From assembly GCA_944372055.1 (NCBI GenBank), contig CALVYF010000006.1, positions 1 through 52,962 of the forward strand: 52,962 nt of DNA, given 5' to 3'. The position numbers and the translations under genes were made by a program. This DNA comes from an uncultured Bacilli bacterium (GTDB lineage Bacteria; Bacillota_I; Bacilli_A; RF39; UBA660). The notes beneath the pieces were generated by a model, which searched no databases, was not told where the DNA came from, and saw nothing but the letters and a program-made list of their open reading frames with translations. This document shows, piece after piece, positions 1 through 9,644 of the stretch (its first letter is position 1; the number at the start of each line of letters is the position of its first letter).

Positions 1-840
1 GTATCTATTAGAAAAAAAGAATCAGATCCGTTTGGTACGAAAGCAGAAATTAAAAATATCGGTTCTATTTCTAATGTAAAACTAAGTATTGATAAAGAAA
101 TAGAACGTCAAACAAATCTATATGATAATGGTGAGACATTTTTACCACAGACAAGGCGTTTTGATTCTAAACTAAATGATACAGTGTTAATGCGTGTCAA
201 AGAAACGGGAAATGATTATCGTTATTTTCCAGAGCCTGATATTCCATATGTTTATGTAACAGAAGAACAAATAGAAGAGGTAAGAAAAACAATTCCAATG
301 TTACCAGATGAAAGAAGAGAAAAATATCAAACTCTTGGTATTAGTGAAGTAAATGCAAAAAAACTAGTACAGAATAGATCTTTAAGTGATTACTTAAATG
401 AACTATTAGAAGAAAAAATAGATTTCAAAACAGCATCTAATTTATTATTAGGAGACATTTCTGCATATTTAAACAAAAATGAAACAGAAATTACAAAAAC
501 TTATCTTACAACAGAAAAGTTTATTGAGTTAACTAATAATATAAGCGATGGAACATTAACTAGTAAAAATCTAAAAGAAATACTAGATACCATCATGGAA
601 AGTGATAAAACAATAAAAGAGATTATTAAAGAGGCAGGAATAAAAAATATTACAGATGATTCAGCAATCAAAGAAATGATTAGTAAAGTAATCAGCGAAA
701 ACCCAGATAGTGTGGCAGATTATAAAGCAGGAAAAGACCGTGCTATAAAATATTTGATGGGACAAGTAATGAAAGAAAGTAAAGGTACACTAAACCCTAA
801 AATGGCTATGGACATTTTAATAGAAGAGTTAAACAAGTAA
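1..840 (+). CDS. gatB: Asp-tRNA(Asn)/Glu-tRNA(Gln) amidotransferase subunit B, 5'-truncated by window edge
   Basis: Frame 1 open from base 1 (VSIRKKESDPFGTKAEIKNIGS...TRRFD...MRVKE...DYRYFPEPD). C-terminal YqeY-like GKDRAIKYLMGQVMK motif. Confidence 0.97.
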   Translation, partial: VSIRKKESDPFGTKAEIKNIGSISNVKLSIDKEIERQTNLYDNGETFLPQTRRFDSKLNDTVLMRVKETGNDYRYFPEPDIPYVYVTEEQIEEVRKTIPMLPDERREKYQTLGISEVNAKKLVQNRSLSDYLNELLEEKIDFKTASNLLLGDISAYLNKNETEITKTYLTTEKFIELTNNISDGTLTSKNLKEILDTIMESDKTIKEIIKEAGIKNITDDSAIKEMISKVISENPDSVADYKAGKDRAIKYLMGQVMKESKGTLNPKMAMDILIEELNK

Positions 841-869
841 TTGAAAAAGCAATATACATAGTGTATAAT
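841..869 (+). promoter_or_regulatory. SigA-type promoter
   Basis: TTGAAA (841-846), 17 nt, TATAAT (864-869), upstream of ORF 894. Confidence 0.7.
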
Positions 870-893
870 TAAAATACTAGGATGTGATGATAA

Positions 894-1355
894 ATGAGTT
901 TTATAAGAAAAAATAAATTTGTAATTATAGCAATAGGAGTATTTTTAATATTAGTAGTTCTAGTCTTCCAAATAGCAACTATGTTTTTTCCAGAGGAAGG
1001 AACAGCATTATATGGAGATCGTCTAGATGGAATTGAAGAAGTAGAACTTTCCAATAGTAAATTAACAAAAATTGAATCAAATTTAAAATCAGATGGAGCA
1101 GTAAAAGAAGCAGAAGTAAGTGTTGCCGGCAAGATCGTAGAAGTAATTATTACAGTGCAAGATGACACCTCTGTAGATACTGCAAAAGCATTAAATACGA
1201 AAGTATTAGATTCCTTAAGTGATAAAGAGAAAAAATTTTATGATATTCAAATCTTTGTAAAAAAGGATAGCGAAGCAACTGATTTTCCTATTATCGGTTA
1301 TAAGCACCACGCAAAAGATACATTCTCATGGACCAAAGATAGGGGCGCAGAATAA
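894..1355 (+). CDS. Membrane-anchored hypothetical protein (153 aa)
   Basis: N-terminal basic residues plus one TM helix, then a small extracytoplasmic alpha/beta domain. Stop overlaps the next start (TAATG). Confidence 0.85.
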   Translation: MSFIRKNKFVIIAIGVFLILVVLVFQIATMFFPEEGTALYGDRLDGIEEVELSNSKLTKIESNLKSDGAVKEAEVSVAGKIVEVIITVQDDTSVDTAKALNTKVLDSLSDKEKKFYDIQIFVKKDSEATDFPIIGYKHHAKDTFSWTKDRGAE

Positions 1356-3394
1356 TGAAAAAGAAACTAATTATAATTATTCCTATTATAATAGCGATAG
1401 TTACATTTGTCTTTGTTTACCGTTATTACAATAAGGAAGATGAGACAACAACCCTAACGGTACGAGAAAAACAATGGGTACAAGAACATGCCGATCAAAC
1501 TTATGACTTCGAAGTAGTAAACAATTATCCTTTATATGGAACAAACGGAAGTGGAGTTATCTTCAGCTTCCTAGATGATTTTGAAGAAAATATTGGATTA
1601 GAATTCAATAGAATTCCATATCTAAAAGAATCTAAGACTTCAATTGATGGTTTTAGAATTAGAATATTAAATAATAATACTAAATTAACAGATAACGATT
1701 TACCATTATTTAATGATAATTATGTTGCTGTTGGAAAAACATATCAAAGAATCAATAATATCAAAGACTTTAAAAATGTCACTTTTGGTGTATTTAAAGA
1801 TGATTCTAGTGATATTAGTTATTATTTAAAAAGTGGAACCAATTTATCATTTAAGACTTATGATGAAATTGAAGATATATATAAAGCATTAGATAATGAT
1901 GAAGTTGATATGGTAATTGTACCAAACATTATGTATTTAAATTACACCATTGATAATGATAAATATTCAATTAATTATTTCTTTACAGAAATGCAAAAAC
2001 AAATTGTATTAACATTAAGTAAAGATAATGAAGAATTAAATAAGATTGTTACAAAATACTATAATAAATGGAGACAGACAAAGTATGTCCAAGAATATAA
2101 TGATGCATATTTAGATTATTATTTAGAAGAAAATGATTTAAATGCCAAAACAAAAGCAGAATTAATTTCTAAAAATTATACATATGGATACGTAGAAAAT
2201 CCTCCATATGAACAATTAGTAAATGGTAAAGTAGCTGGAATTGCTGGAGAATATGTAGATAGAGTAGCAAGACTTTCAGGAATTAACTTTAAATATAAAA
2301 AGTATGATACTGTAGAAGATTTAGAAAAAGCTATCGATAAAGGGGAAATAGATTTATATTTTGATTATTATAATTACAACAATAATAAATATAAATCAAC
2401 CCTATCAACATTTATTGAACAATATGTAGTATTAGGAAAAGAAGAAGATAATCATATCGTAACTTCTTTTGAAAGTATGAAAGATGAACCTCTAGCGATG
2501 CTAGGAAATGATTCTTTATATAATTATTTTTCAAATAATGCTAGAGCAAAAATCAAAACCTACGATAATATTGATGATTTAGTAAAAGAAAGTGGTAACC
2601 GCTTAATTGTTGTGGACCGAGAAATCTATACTCATTATCAAACTACAAAATTTAAAAAATTAAAATTATTGTATAATGATACAATGATGAATGATTATAA
2701 ATTTATGGTAAAGAATAATAATGAAGCATTCTATGATTTATTTAACTATATCATTAATACTAATTCTTACTATAATTACAGAAATAGTGGTATTACTAAT
2801 TTACATGCGTCTATATTAGAAAACTCTACTTTAGAGCAAGTATATACAATAGTTTTAACCATTATCTTTGTACCATTAATTATTCTATTAGCTGTTTATT
2901 TAATTATAAAGAAGAAAAAACAGATTAAGAAAGTAAAAGCCAGTGATAGACACAAATATACTGATATGCTTACTTCTTTAAAAAATAGAAATTATCTAAA
3001 TGCTAAAATGCCTGAATGGGAAGAATCCAAAGTATTCCCACAAGCAATAGTAATGGTAGATTTAAATAATGTTAAATACATTAATGATAATTATGGTCAT
3101 GAAGAAGGAGATGACCTAATTATCAAAGCTGCTGGTGTCTTAGTAAATACACAATTAGAGAATAGTGAAATTATACGTACAGATGGTAACGAGTTTTTGA
3201 TTTACCTAGTTGGTTATAGTGAAAGACAAGTTTCTACTTATGTAAAAAAACTAGGAAAAGAAATGAAGAATTTACCTCATGAATTTGGTGCTGCTATCGG
3301 TTACAGTATGATTACAGATGAAATTAAAACATTAGATGATGCTATCAATGAAGCAACATTAGAAATGATAACAGCAAAAGAAGAAATGAAGTAA
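1355..3394 (+). CDS. Membrane sensor: two extracellular solute-binding (PBP2-like) domains + TM + GGDEF domain with degenerate motif (DGNEF)
   Basis: N-terminal TM; NYPLY and ENPPYEQ...GIAGEY PBP motifs; second TM; DMLTSLKNR...DLNNVKYINDNYGHEEGD...RTDGNEF. Confidence 0.88.
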   Translation: MKKKLIIIIPIIIAIVTFVFVYRYYNKEDETTTLTVREKQWVQEHADQTYDFEVVNNYPLYGTNGSGVIFSFLDDFEENIGLEFNRIPYLKESKTSIDGFRIRILNNNTKLTDNDLPLFNDNYVAVGKTYQRINNIKDFKNVTFGVFKDDSSDISYYLKSGTNLSFKTYDEIEDIYKALDNDEVDMVIVPNIMYLNYTIDNDKYSINYFFTEMQKQIVLTLSKDNEELNKIVTKYYNKWRQTKYVQEYNDAYLDYYLEENDLNAKTKAELISKNYTYGYVENPPYEQLVNGKVAGIAGEYVDRVARLSGINFKYKKYDTVEDLEKAIDKGEIDLYFDYYNYNNNKYKSTLSTFIEQYVVLGKEEDNHIVTSFESMKDEPLAMLGNDSLYNYFSNNARAKIKTYDNIDDLVKESGNRLIVVDREIYTHYQTTKFKKLKLLYNDTMMNDYKFMVKNNNEAFYDLFNYIINTNSYYNYRNSGITNLHASILENSTLEQVYTIVLTIIFVPLIILLAVYLIIKKKKQIKKVKASDRHKYTDMLTSLKNRNYLNAKMPEWEESKVFPQAIVMVDLNNVKYINDNYGHEEGDDLIIKAAGVLVNTQLENSEIIRTDGNEFLIYLVGYSERQVSTYVKKLGKEMKNLPHEFGAAIGYSMITDEIKTLDDAINEATLEMITAKEEMK

Positions 3395-3409
3395 AAGGGA
3401 TGAAGAAAT

Positions 3410-4255
3410 ATGGAGCAAGTAACAGGATTTTTCAAAAAAGTCATTTCAATTATTACAAAACCTGAAATGAGAGTACTTCCTGGACAACTTGCTTTTTTCT
3501 TTGTACTCTCAATTATTCCTTTAGTTGCATTAATAGGTGCAATTGCTTCCAGGTTTTCAATACCAATGGAAGCATTAGATGAATATTTATTATCGGCTTT
3601 GCCAGGATCTGTAGCGGAGCTATTTACAAATGCAGTAACAAGAGATAGTATTAACTTCAATATTGTAGTATTTTTCTTTTCTGCTTTCCTTCTAGCTTCT
3701 AACGGAACACATTCAATGATTATAACTTCCAATGAAATATATAAAATAAAATCAGATAATATATTAAAAAGAAGACTAAAAGCAATAGGCATGACTTCAA
3801 TTTTACTTGGAATATTTCTATTCTTGATACTCGTTCCAGTTTGCGGAGACAATATTTTTGAAATCATAAAAGAGACATCAAATAATGAAGGATTTATCAA
3901 TTTTATTTATCGAGTATATCAAATTATAAAGTATCCAATTTCAATATTAGTTGTATACTTTAATATCAAATTATTATATGTATTAGCTCCTGATAAAAAG
4001 ATAAGAAGTAAAACAACAACAAAAGGAGCACTATTTACAACAATTAGTTGGATTTTAGCAACAGAGATATATACCTTCTATATAGGAACCTTCTCTAGCT
4101 ATGACGTATTTTATGGAAGTATTTCTAATATTGTAATTTTACTATTATGGATTTATATTTTATCGTATATATTTGTCGTAGGAATGGCAATCAATGCAGG
4201 AAATACAAAAGAAGAAGATATTGAAAGAACGGGAATGTTACTTACTAAAAAATAA
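3410..4255 (+). CDS. YihY/virulence factor BrkB family membrane protein
   Basis: QLAFFFVLSIIP near the N-terminus and YGSISNIVILLLWIY near the C-terminus; about 6 TM helices. Confidence 0.9.
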   Translation: MEQVTGFFKKVISIITKPEMRVLPGQLAFFFVLSIIPLVALIGAIASRFSIPMEALDEYLLSALPGSVAELFTNAVTRDSINFNIVVFFFSAFLLASNGTHSMIITSNEIYKIKSDNILKRRLKAIGMTSILLGIFLFLILVPVCGDNIFEIIKETSNNEGFINFIYRVYQIIKYPISILVVYFNIKLLYVLAPDKKIRSKTTTKGALFTTISWILATEIYTFYIGTFSSYDVFYGSISNIVILLLWIYILSYIFVVGMAINAGNTKEEDIERTGMLLTKK

Positions 4256-4276
4256 TTTTTATAAGGAGAAGTATTA

Positions 4277-4774
4277 ATGATAATAGCAGGGCAAATTTTA
4301 GGTTTTATATATTTAATAATTTTTGTTATTAGTTTTCAATTTAAAAAATTAGAAACTTTAATGAAAATTAGAATAGTGTCCAAAATAATAGCAACCTTGC
4401 ATTATTTGTTTTTAAGTGCTTATTCCGGAGCAGTTTCTCAATTTATTAGCATCTTCCCAAACTATTTTTCTTATAAATATCAAGGTCAAAAGAAAAACAA
4501 GATAATCGCTTTTCTATTTATTATAATATTTTTTATTTCAGGAATTATCACCTATCAAAATATATATGACACCCTTCCAATAATAGGATCGATATTAACT
4601 GTTATTGCAATATTTCAAACAAATACGAAATATGTTAGAGCATTTCAATTAATTATCTCACCATTCTTTTTAGTTTATAATATAGTCAGTCATTCTTATG
4701 CTGGAATCATTATGGAAATATTAGTAGTTATTTCATGTTTGATAGGAATGGTGAGATTAGATAAAAGTAAATAA
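4277..4774 (+). CDS. YgjV-family inner membrane protein
   Basis: Hydrophobic 165 aa with QILG...SFQ, HYLFLSAYSGA and YN...SYAG..ME duplicated motifs; RBS AAGGAG. Confidence 0.78.
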   Translation: MIIAGQILGFIYLIIFVISFQFKKLETLMKIRIVSKIIATLHYLFLSAYSGAVSQFISIFPNYFSYKYQGQKKNKIIAFLFIIIFFISGIITYQNIYDTLPIIGSILTVIAIFQTNTKYVRAFQLIISPFFLVYNIVSHSYAGIIMEILVVISCLIGMVRLDKSK

Positions 4775-4830
4775 GAAAGAAAATAAATACACTACGGTGT
4801 ATTTTTTTGATTTAAAGATTTGCGAAGTAA

Positions 4831-4859
4831 TTGAAAAAGTATAATAATAATGCTATAAT
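4831..4859 (+). promoter_or_regulatory. SigA-type promoter with extended -10
   Basis: TTGAAA (4831-4836), 17 nt, TG-C-TATAAT (TATAAT 4854-4859). Confidence 0.75.
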
Positions 4860-4906
4860 GTAATAAGCAAAGTTCGAGATGAGAAACATAAAAGCGAGGT
4901 TGGACA

Positions 4907-6997
4907 ATGAAGAATTTAAAGAATAGTTGGAATAGACTGATAAAGTCGTTACAAAAGAATTTAAAACGAGTAAAAGAAGAACACTTAATTAGAGAATATA
5001 TAAAGAACAATAGCTTATTCTTAACCTTCGTAATTACTTGTGTTATTAACTCAACAATGCTAAGATTTTTCTGTATTAATTCTACAGAAAACTATTTAGC
5101 AATTGCACCAATATTAGCGGATTTATCCATTGTAACAGTCGTTGGTGGACTTGGATATTTATTAAAGCCAAAGAATCGATTTGGATACTATTTAGGGTTT
5201 AGTATTTTCTTTTCCGCAATATGTTTAATTAATTCAATATATTATACATACTACACATCTTTTGCTTCAGTTTCTATGCTATCTTTAACCCAATATGTAG
5301 GAGATGTAGGAGATGCTGTAGTAGAACAAGTAATTAATTTTAAGGACTTTTTATACATCTTAGGACCAGTAATATTAGTACTTGTAAATACTAGATTAAA
5401 AAAGAAAAATTACTATAAAAAAGTGGAAATAAAGTCAGATAGAAAGAAAAGAACTATTAAAACTGTAGCAGTTGGAGCTGTAATTGCTATTATATTTATT
5501 TTAACACTAACTCCAACAGACATGTCTAGACTAGTAAAACAATGGAATCGTGAATACATTGTTATGAAATATGGTATTTATATTTATCAAGCAAATGATG
5601 TAGTAGCATCCATCCAACCAAAAATAAATTCATTATTTGGTTATGATCAAGCAAAAAAATTGTTTAAAGATTACTTTAAGGACAAAGAAGAACATCAGGA
5701 TAACAAATATACCAATATTTTTGAAGGGAAAAATGTGATTGTAATTCATGGAGAAAGTTTGCAAACCAATTTAATGAGCCTATCATTTAATGGTGAAGAA
5801 GTAACGCCGAATTTAAATAAATTGGCAGAAGAGGGAATGTTCTTTTCGAATTTTTATTCTCCAGTAAGTGTTGGAACAAGTAGTGATGCAGAATTGATGT
5901 TTAATACTTCACTTTTACCAACGAAGAGTGGAACTGCTTTTGTGTCTTATTCGGATAGAACTTATAATGCCACTCCAAAATTATTAGGAGAAAAGGGGTA
6001 TTATACATTTAGTATGCATGGAAATAATGCCGATTTTTGGAATAGAAGGAATATGCATAACAGTTTAGGATATGACCGTTTCTATAGTAAAACAGATTAT
6101 AATGTAACAAAAGAAAATACAGTTGGACTTGGAATCAATGACTATGCATTTTTCGATCAATCTGTAGAGAAATTGAAAAAAATTGCTAAAAAACATGATA
6201 AATGGTATGGTATGATGATGATGCTATCAAATCATACTCCATTTTCAGAGGTAGATAAATATGGAGATTTCCCAGTAGACATCAAGGAAACAGTAACTAA
6301 TGAAGATGGAACAACAGAAGAAGTTACTTATCCATATATGGAAGGAACAAAATTAGGAAATTATTTTAAATCTGCTCATTATGCCGATGGAGCGATTGGA
6401 GAATTAATAGAGAGATTAGATGAGGAAGGATTACTAGAAAATACCATAGTCGTTATTTATGGAGACCATGATGCTAGACTCCCAAGAGCAGACTATAATA
6501 GATTATATAACTATGATAAAGAGACAGATTCTATATTAGATAAAGATGATCCTAATTATAAAGAATATGATTCTTACCAATATGAATTGGGTAGAAAGGT
6601 TCCTCTAATAATTTGGAGCAAAGATATGAAAGGAACTGATTTAAATAAGGAATACACAAATGTAATGAGTATGTATGATGTAGAGCCAACCCTTGGTAAT
6701 ATGTTGGGTTATTCTAATGAATACGCCTTAGGACATGATATTTTTGATATTAAAGATCAAAATATTGTAGTATTCCCTAATGGAAATTGGCTAACAAATG
6801 ATGTTTACTACAATAGTCAAAAAGAAGAATATTTATCATTAACAGATAAACCAGTAACAGAAGAAGAAATTAAAAAGAATAACGAATATGCAAGTAGTCT
6901 ACTAGATGTTTCTAATGATATAATAATATTTGACTTGTTAAAGAAAGATCAAACAGATGAAAATAAGGTAATAGAAGCACAAGAGAAAGGGGCCTAG
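4907..6997 (+). CDS. ltaS: Lipoteichoic acid synthase family protein
   Basis: 5 N-terminal TMs, then sulfatase-like domain: NVIVIHGESLQ, EVTPNLN, GTSSDAE, HGN..FWNR, SNHTPF, YGDH. Confidence 0.9.
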   Translation: MKNLKNSWNRLIKSLQKNLKRVKEEHLIREYIKNNSLFLTFVITCVINSTMLRFFCINSTENYLAIAPILADLSIVTVVGGLGYLLKPKNRFGYYLGFSIFFSAICLINSIYYTYYTSFASVSMLSLTQYVGDVGDAVVEQVINFKDFLYILGPVILVLVNTRLKKKNYYKKVEIKSDRKKRTIKTVAVGAVIAIIFILTLTPTDMSRLVKQWNREYIVMKYGIYIYQANDVVASIQPKINSLFGYDQAKKLFKDYFKDKEEHQDNKYTNIFEGKNVIVIHGESLQTNLMSLSFNGEEVTPNLNKLAEEGMFFSNFYSPVSVGTSSDAELMFNTSLLPTKSGTAFVSYSDRTYNATPKLLGEKGYYTFSMHGNNADFWNRRNMHNSLGYDRFYSKTDYNVTKENTVGLGINDYAFFDQSVEKLKKIAKKHDKWYGMMMMLSNHTPFSEVDKYGDFPVDIKETVTNEDGTTEEVTYPYMEGTKLGNYFKSAHYADGAIGELIERLDEEGLLENTIVVIYGDHDARLPRADYNRLYNYDKETDSILDKDDPNYKEYDSYQYELGRKVPLIIWSKDMKGTDLNKEYTNVMSMYDVEPTLGNMLGYSNEYALGHDIFDIKDQNIVVFPNGNWLTNDVYYNSQKEEYLSLTDKPVTEEEIKKNNEYASSLLDVSNDIIIFDLLKKDQTDENKVIEAQEKGA

Positions 6998-7000
6998 TCT

Positions 7001-7627
7001 ATGAAACTAAAGAAAAAACCAAAAAGAATCCTAATTACCATCCTAGTTTTGGCTGCTATAGCGGCAATCGCTTTTGTCGGATATAACGTATTTTTTGGTA
7101 AACAAGAAGTAAAAGAAGCAAAAGTATTAAAAACAATAAAAGAATACGGGTATACATTAAAAGACAATAAAACAAAAAGATATCAAGAAATGTTTGGAGA
7201 ATTAGATAAAATATTAAAGAAAGACCCAGTAGATGAAGAAGAATATGTAAAAAAAATAACAGAAATGTTTATTTATGACTTTTATAGCTTAAATGATAAA
7301 AGTACAAAAACAGATGTGGGGGGAACAGACTTTATCTATGGTAATATTCTAGAAAACTTTTTAAGTAATGCAGAAGATACCTATTATAAATATGTAGAAA
7401 GTAATATGTATAATGATAGAAAGCAAGAATTGCCTGTAGTAGACGAAATAAAAATCGATAGTGTAGAACAAACAGAGTTTGCTTATGGCGAAGAGACGGA
7501 TGAAGAGGCCTATGAAGTAACAGTATCATGGACTTATACTAATAAAGAGTTTAATGACTATCAAAAAGAAGCAACATTAATCTTTATTCACGATGGTATA
7601 AAACTTTCTCTAGTAGAGCTAAAATAG
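7001..7627 (+). CDS. Membrane-anchored secreted hypothetical protein (208 aa), co-transcribed with ltaS
   Basis: Starts 3 nt after the ltaS stop; basic N-terminus + TM; acidic ectodomain (FIYDFYSL..K...DVGG). Confidence 0.85.
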   Translation: MKLKKKPKRILITILVLAAIAAIAFVGYNVFFGKQEVKEAKVLKTIKEYGYTLKDNKTKRYQEMFGELDKILKKDPVDEEEYVKKITEMFIYDFYSLNDKSTKTDVGGTDFIYGNILENFLSNAEDTYYKYVESNMYNDRKQELPVVDEIKIDSVEQTEFAYGEETDEEAYEVTVSWTYTNKEFNDYQKEATLIFIHDGIKLSLVELK

Positions 7628-7651
7628 AAGCATTGCTTCTATTTTCTTTTT
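7621..7651 (+). terminator. Intrinsic terminator
   Basis: AAAATAGAAGC-att-GCTTCTATTTT followed by a T-rich run. Confidence 0.75.
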
Positions 7652-7702
7652 GCTTTATAATAAAGGTAGCGATGAAAATCGCTATAGAAAGGATAGAATA
7701 AA

Positions 7703-8065
7703 ATGATTTTAATTGAATATCCCAAATGCTCAACTTGTAAAAAAGCAAAGAAATATTTAGAAGATAATTCTATAAAATATATAGATAGAAATATAATAAT
7801 GGAGACACCAACAAAAGAAGAGCTAAAAGAGTGGATAGAAAGATTCTCTTTTCCACTAGATAGACTATATAATACTAGTGGAATGAAGTATAGAGAATTA
7901 AACTTAAAAGAAAAAAGAAAAACAATGACTCTAGAGGAACAATTAGAGTTATTATCATCCGATGGGATGTTACTAAAAAGACCAATCCTAATAACAGAAA
8001 ATAAAATGGTAACAGGATTTAGAGAATTAGAATGGAATAAAGTAATTGAGGAGGAAAGAAAATGA
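7703..8065 (+). CDS. ArsC/Spx/MgsR family protein (YusI-like)
   Basis: YPKCSTCKKAKKYL, NTSGMKYREL and DGMLLKRP motifs. Confidence 0.92.
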   Translation: MILIEYPKCSTCKKAKKYLEDNSIKYIDRNIIMETPTKEELKEWIERFSFPLDRLYNTSGMKYRELNLKEKRKTMTLEEQLELLSSDGMLLKRPILITENKMVTGFRELEWNKVIEEERK

Positions 8066-8430
8066 AAGAATTAGTTTTAAAAAGATGTAAAAAATGTGGA
8101 GCACTAGTAAAAGTGTTAGAGGAAGGTGCTGGAAAATATATTTGTTGTGGAGAAGAAATGGAAATATTAAAAGCAAATAGTACAGATGCAGCATTTGAAA
8201 AACATGTGCCAACATATGAAAAGGAAGGAGAAAATATTCATATAAAAGTAAACCATGTAATGGAAGAAGAGCACTATATTGAATGGATTTTAGTAAAAAT
8301 GGAAAAAGAAAATAGAGAAGTATTACTACAGCCAGGAGATACACCAGAAATGATAGTACCATATGAAAAAGGAGCTTTAATCTATGCTTACTGCAATAAG
8401 CATGGTTTGTGGAAAACGGAGGTAGAATAA
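8062..8430 (+). CDS. dfx: Desulfoferrodoxin (class I superoxide reductase)
   Basis: CKKCG...CCGEEM desulforedoxin domain; EKHVP, H-x5-H (HVMEEEH) and CNKHGLW iron ligands. Confidence 0.93.
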   Translation: MKELVLKRCKKCGALVKVLEEGAGKYICCGEEMEILKANSTDAAFEKHVPTYEKEGENIHIKVNHVMEEEHYIEWILVKMEKENREVLLQPGDTPEMIVPYEKGALIYAYCNKHGLWKTEVE

Positions 8431-9080
8431 TGAGTTTAGAAGCCTTAAACAACCTTAGCTATGGAATGTATATTGTCACTACAAAGCAAAACAATAAAAA
8501 TGTAGGTTGTTTCATTAATACAGCAATGCAAATCACTTCAAAAAATCCTATCATAGCAATTAGCTTAAATAAAGAAAATTATACAAATCAAGTACTAAAA
8601 GAAACAAGAAAGTGTGCGATATCTGTATTGACAGAAAAAGCAAGTCAAGAATTAATATCTAAATTTGGTTTTTTTTCATCAAGAGAAATTAATAAGTTTG
8701 AAGATAGAAATTTTCAATATGTAGAAGAACTACCAGTAATTTTAGAAGATACATGTAGTTATATCATAGGAGAAGTAATAAGAGTAATAGATGTAGAAAC
8801 TCACGATATATTCTTAATTCGTGTATTACAAGCAGAAAATGTATTAGATGATACACCAATGACATATAGATTTTACCATGAAAATTTAAAGGGAAAGGCT
8901 CCAAAGAAAGCACCAACGTATCAAGAAGAAAAAGTAGAAAATAAGGGTAATAAATACCAATGTGCTATCTGCGGATATATTTATGATGACAGTAAAGAAG
9001 ATATTAAGTTCGAAGATTTACCAGATGATTGGACCTGTCCAATGTGTGGAGTAGGAAAAGATAAATTTATAAAGTTATAA
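8430..9080 (+). CDS. Flavin reductase-rubredoxin fusion (high-molecular-weight rubredoxin, Hrb-like)
   Basis: Start moved to ATG 8430 (GGAGG RBS, TAATG overlap). LSYGMYIV...GCFINT...THDIF...PMTY flavin reductase domain; C-terminal CAICGYIYD...[11 protein letters not shown] rubredoxin. Confidence 0.92.
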   Translation: MSLEALNNLSYGMYIVTTKQNNKNVGCFINTAMQITSKNPIIAISLNKENYTNQVLKETRKCAISVLTEKASQELISKFGFFSSREINKFEDRNFQYVEELPVILEDTCSYIIGEVIRVIDVETHDIFLIRVLQAENVLDDTPMTYRFYHENLKGKAPKKAPTYQEEKVENKGNKYQCAICGYIYDDSKEDIKFEDLPDDWTCPMCGVGKDKFIKL

Positions 9081-9088
9081 GAGGTAAA

Positions 9089-9595
9089 ATGATAAAACCA
9101 GAAGAAGTAATGAAGACAATGGATGAAATATCGTATGGCTGGTTAGATATTTATGATAGGAAGCACATAAATACCATAGATAAACTAACAGAGCTATATA
9201 GAGTATCTTCTCCAGAAGAGGTATTGAAAAATAAAATAGGTATCTGCTTTGACCAAGTAGAGTTAGAAAGAAAACTATTTGAATTAGAGTATGAAACAAA
9301 ATCATATGCAATATTTACAAGTCTAATAGCTCATAGCTTTTTAATATTACATAACGATGAAACCTATATCTATTTTGAGCATTCATCACCTATGAGTAAA
9401 GGAATTTATTACTTTTCTACAGAAGAAGAAGCTATAGCTGATGCTACAAGAAGATTCAGAGAAAATCATCATATTAAAGACAGCAAAAAAGTCGAATTAA
9501 TATCATATCCACCTCTGGAGCAAGGAACTACATTTTCAGAAATCAAAGATATTGTATATAAAGAAAAAGAAAAAAGAGAAGGCAATAAAATATAA
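9089..9595 (+). CDS. Hypothetical protein, transglutaminase/cysteine-protease-like motifs
   Basis: SPEEVL...GICFDQVELER...AHSFL...YFEH suggests a Cys-His-acid triad; RBS GAGGT. Confidence 0.7.
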   Translation: MIKPEEVMKTMDEISYGWLDIYDRKHINTIDKLTELYRVSSPEEVLKNKIGICFDQVELERKLFELEYETKSYAIFTSLIAHSFLILHNDETYIYFEHSSPMSKGIYYFSTEEEAIADATRRFRENHHIKDSKKVELISYPPLEQGTTFSEIKDIVYKEKEKREGNKI

Positions 9596-9644
9596 CCTTC
9601 TTTTTTTTGTATAAAAAAAGCAAGCATTTCAGCTTGCACATAAT

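Noticed and set aside
7667-7712. AGCGATGAAAATCGCT...AATGATTTT resembles the P1/pseudoknot of a fluoride (crcB) riboswitch
   Set aside because: Lacks the conserved AAC linker and P2 stem, the pseudoknot would be weak and mismatched, and the downstream gene is not a typical fluoride gene. Kept only as a palindrome.
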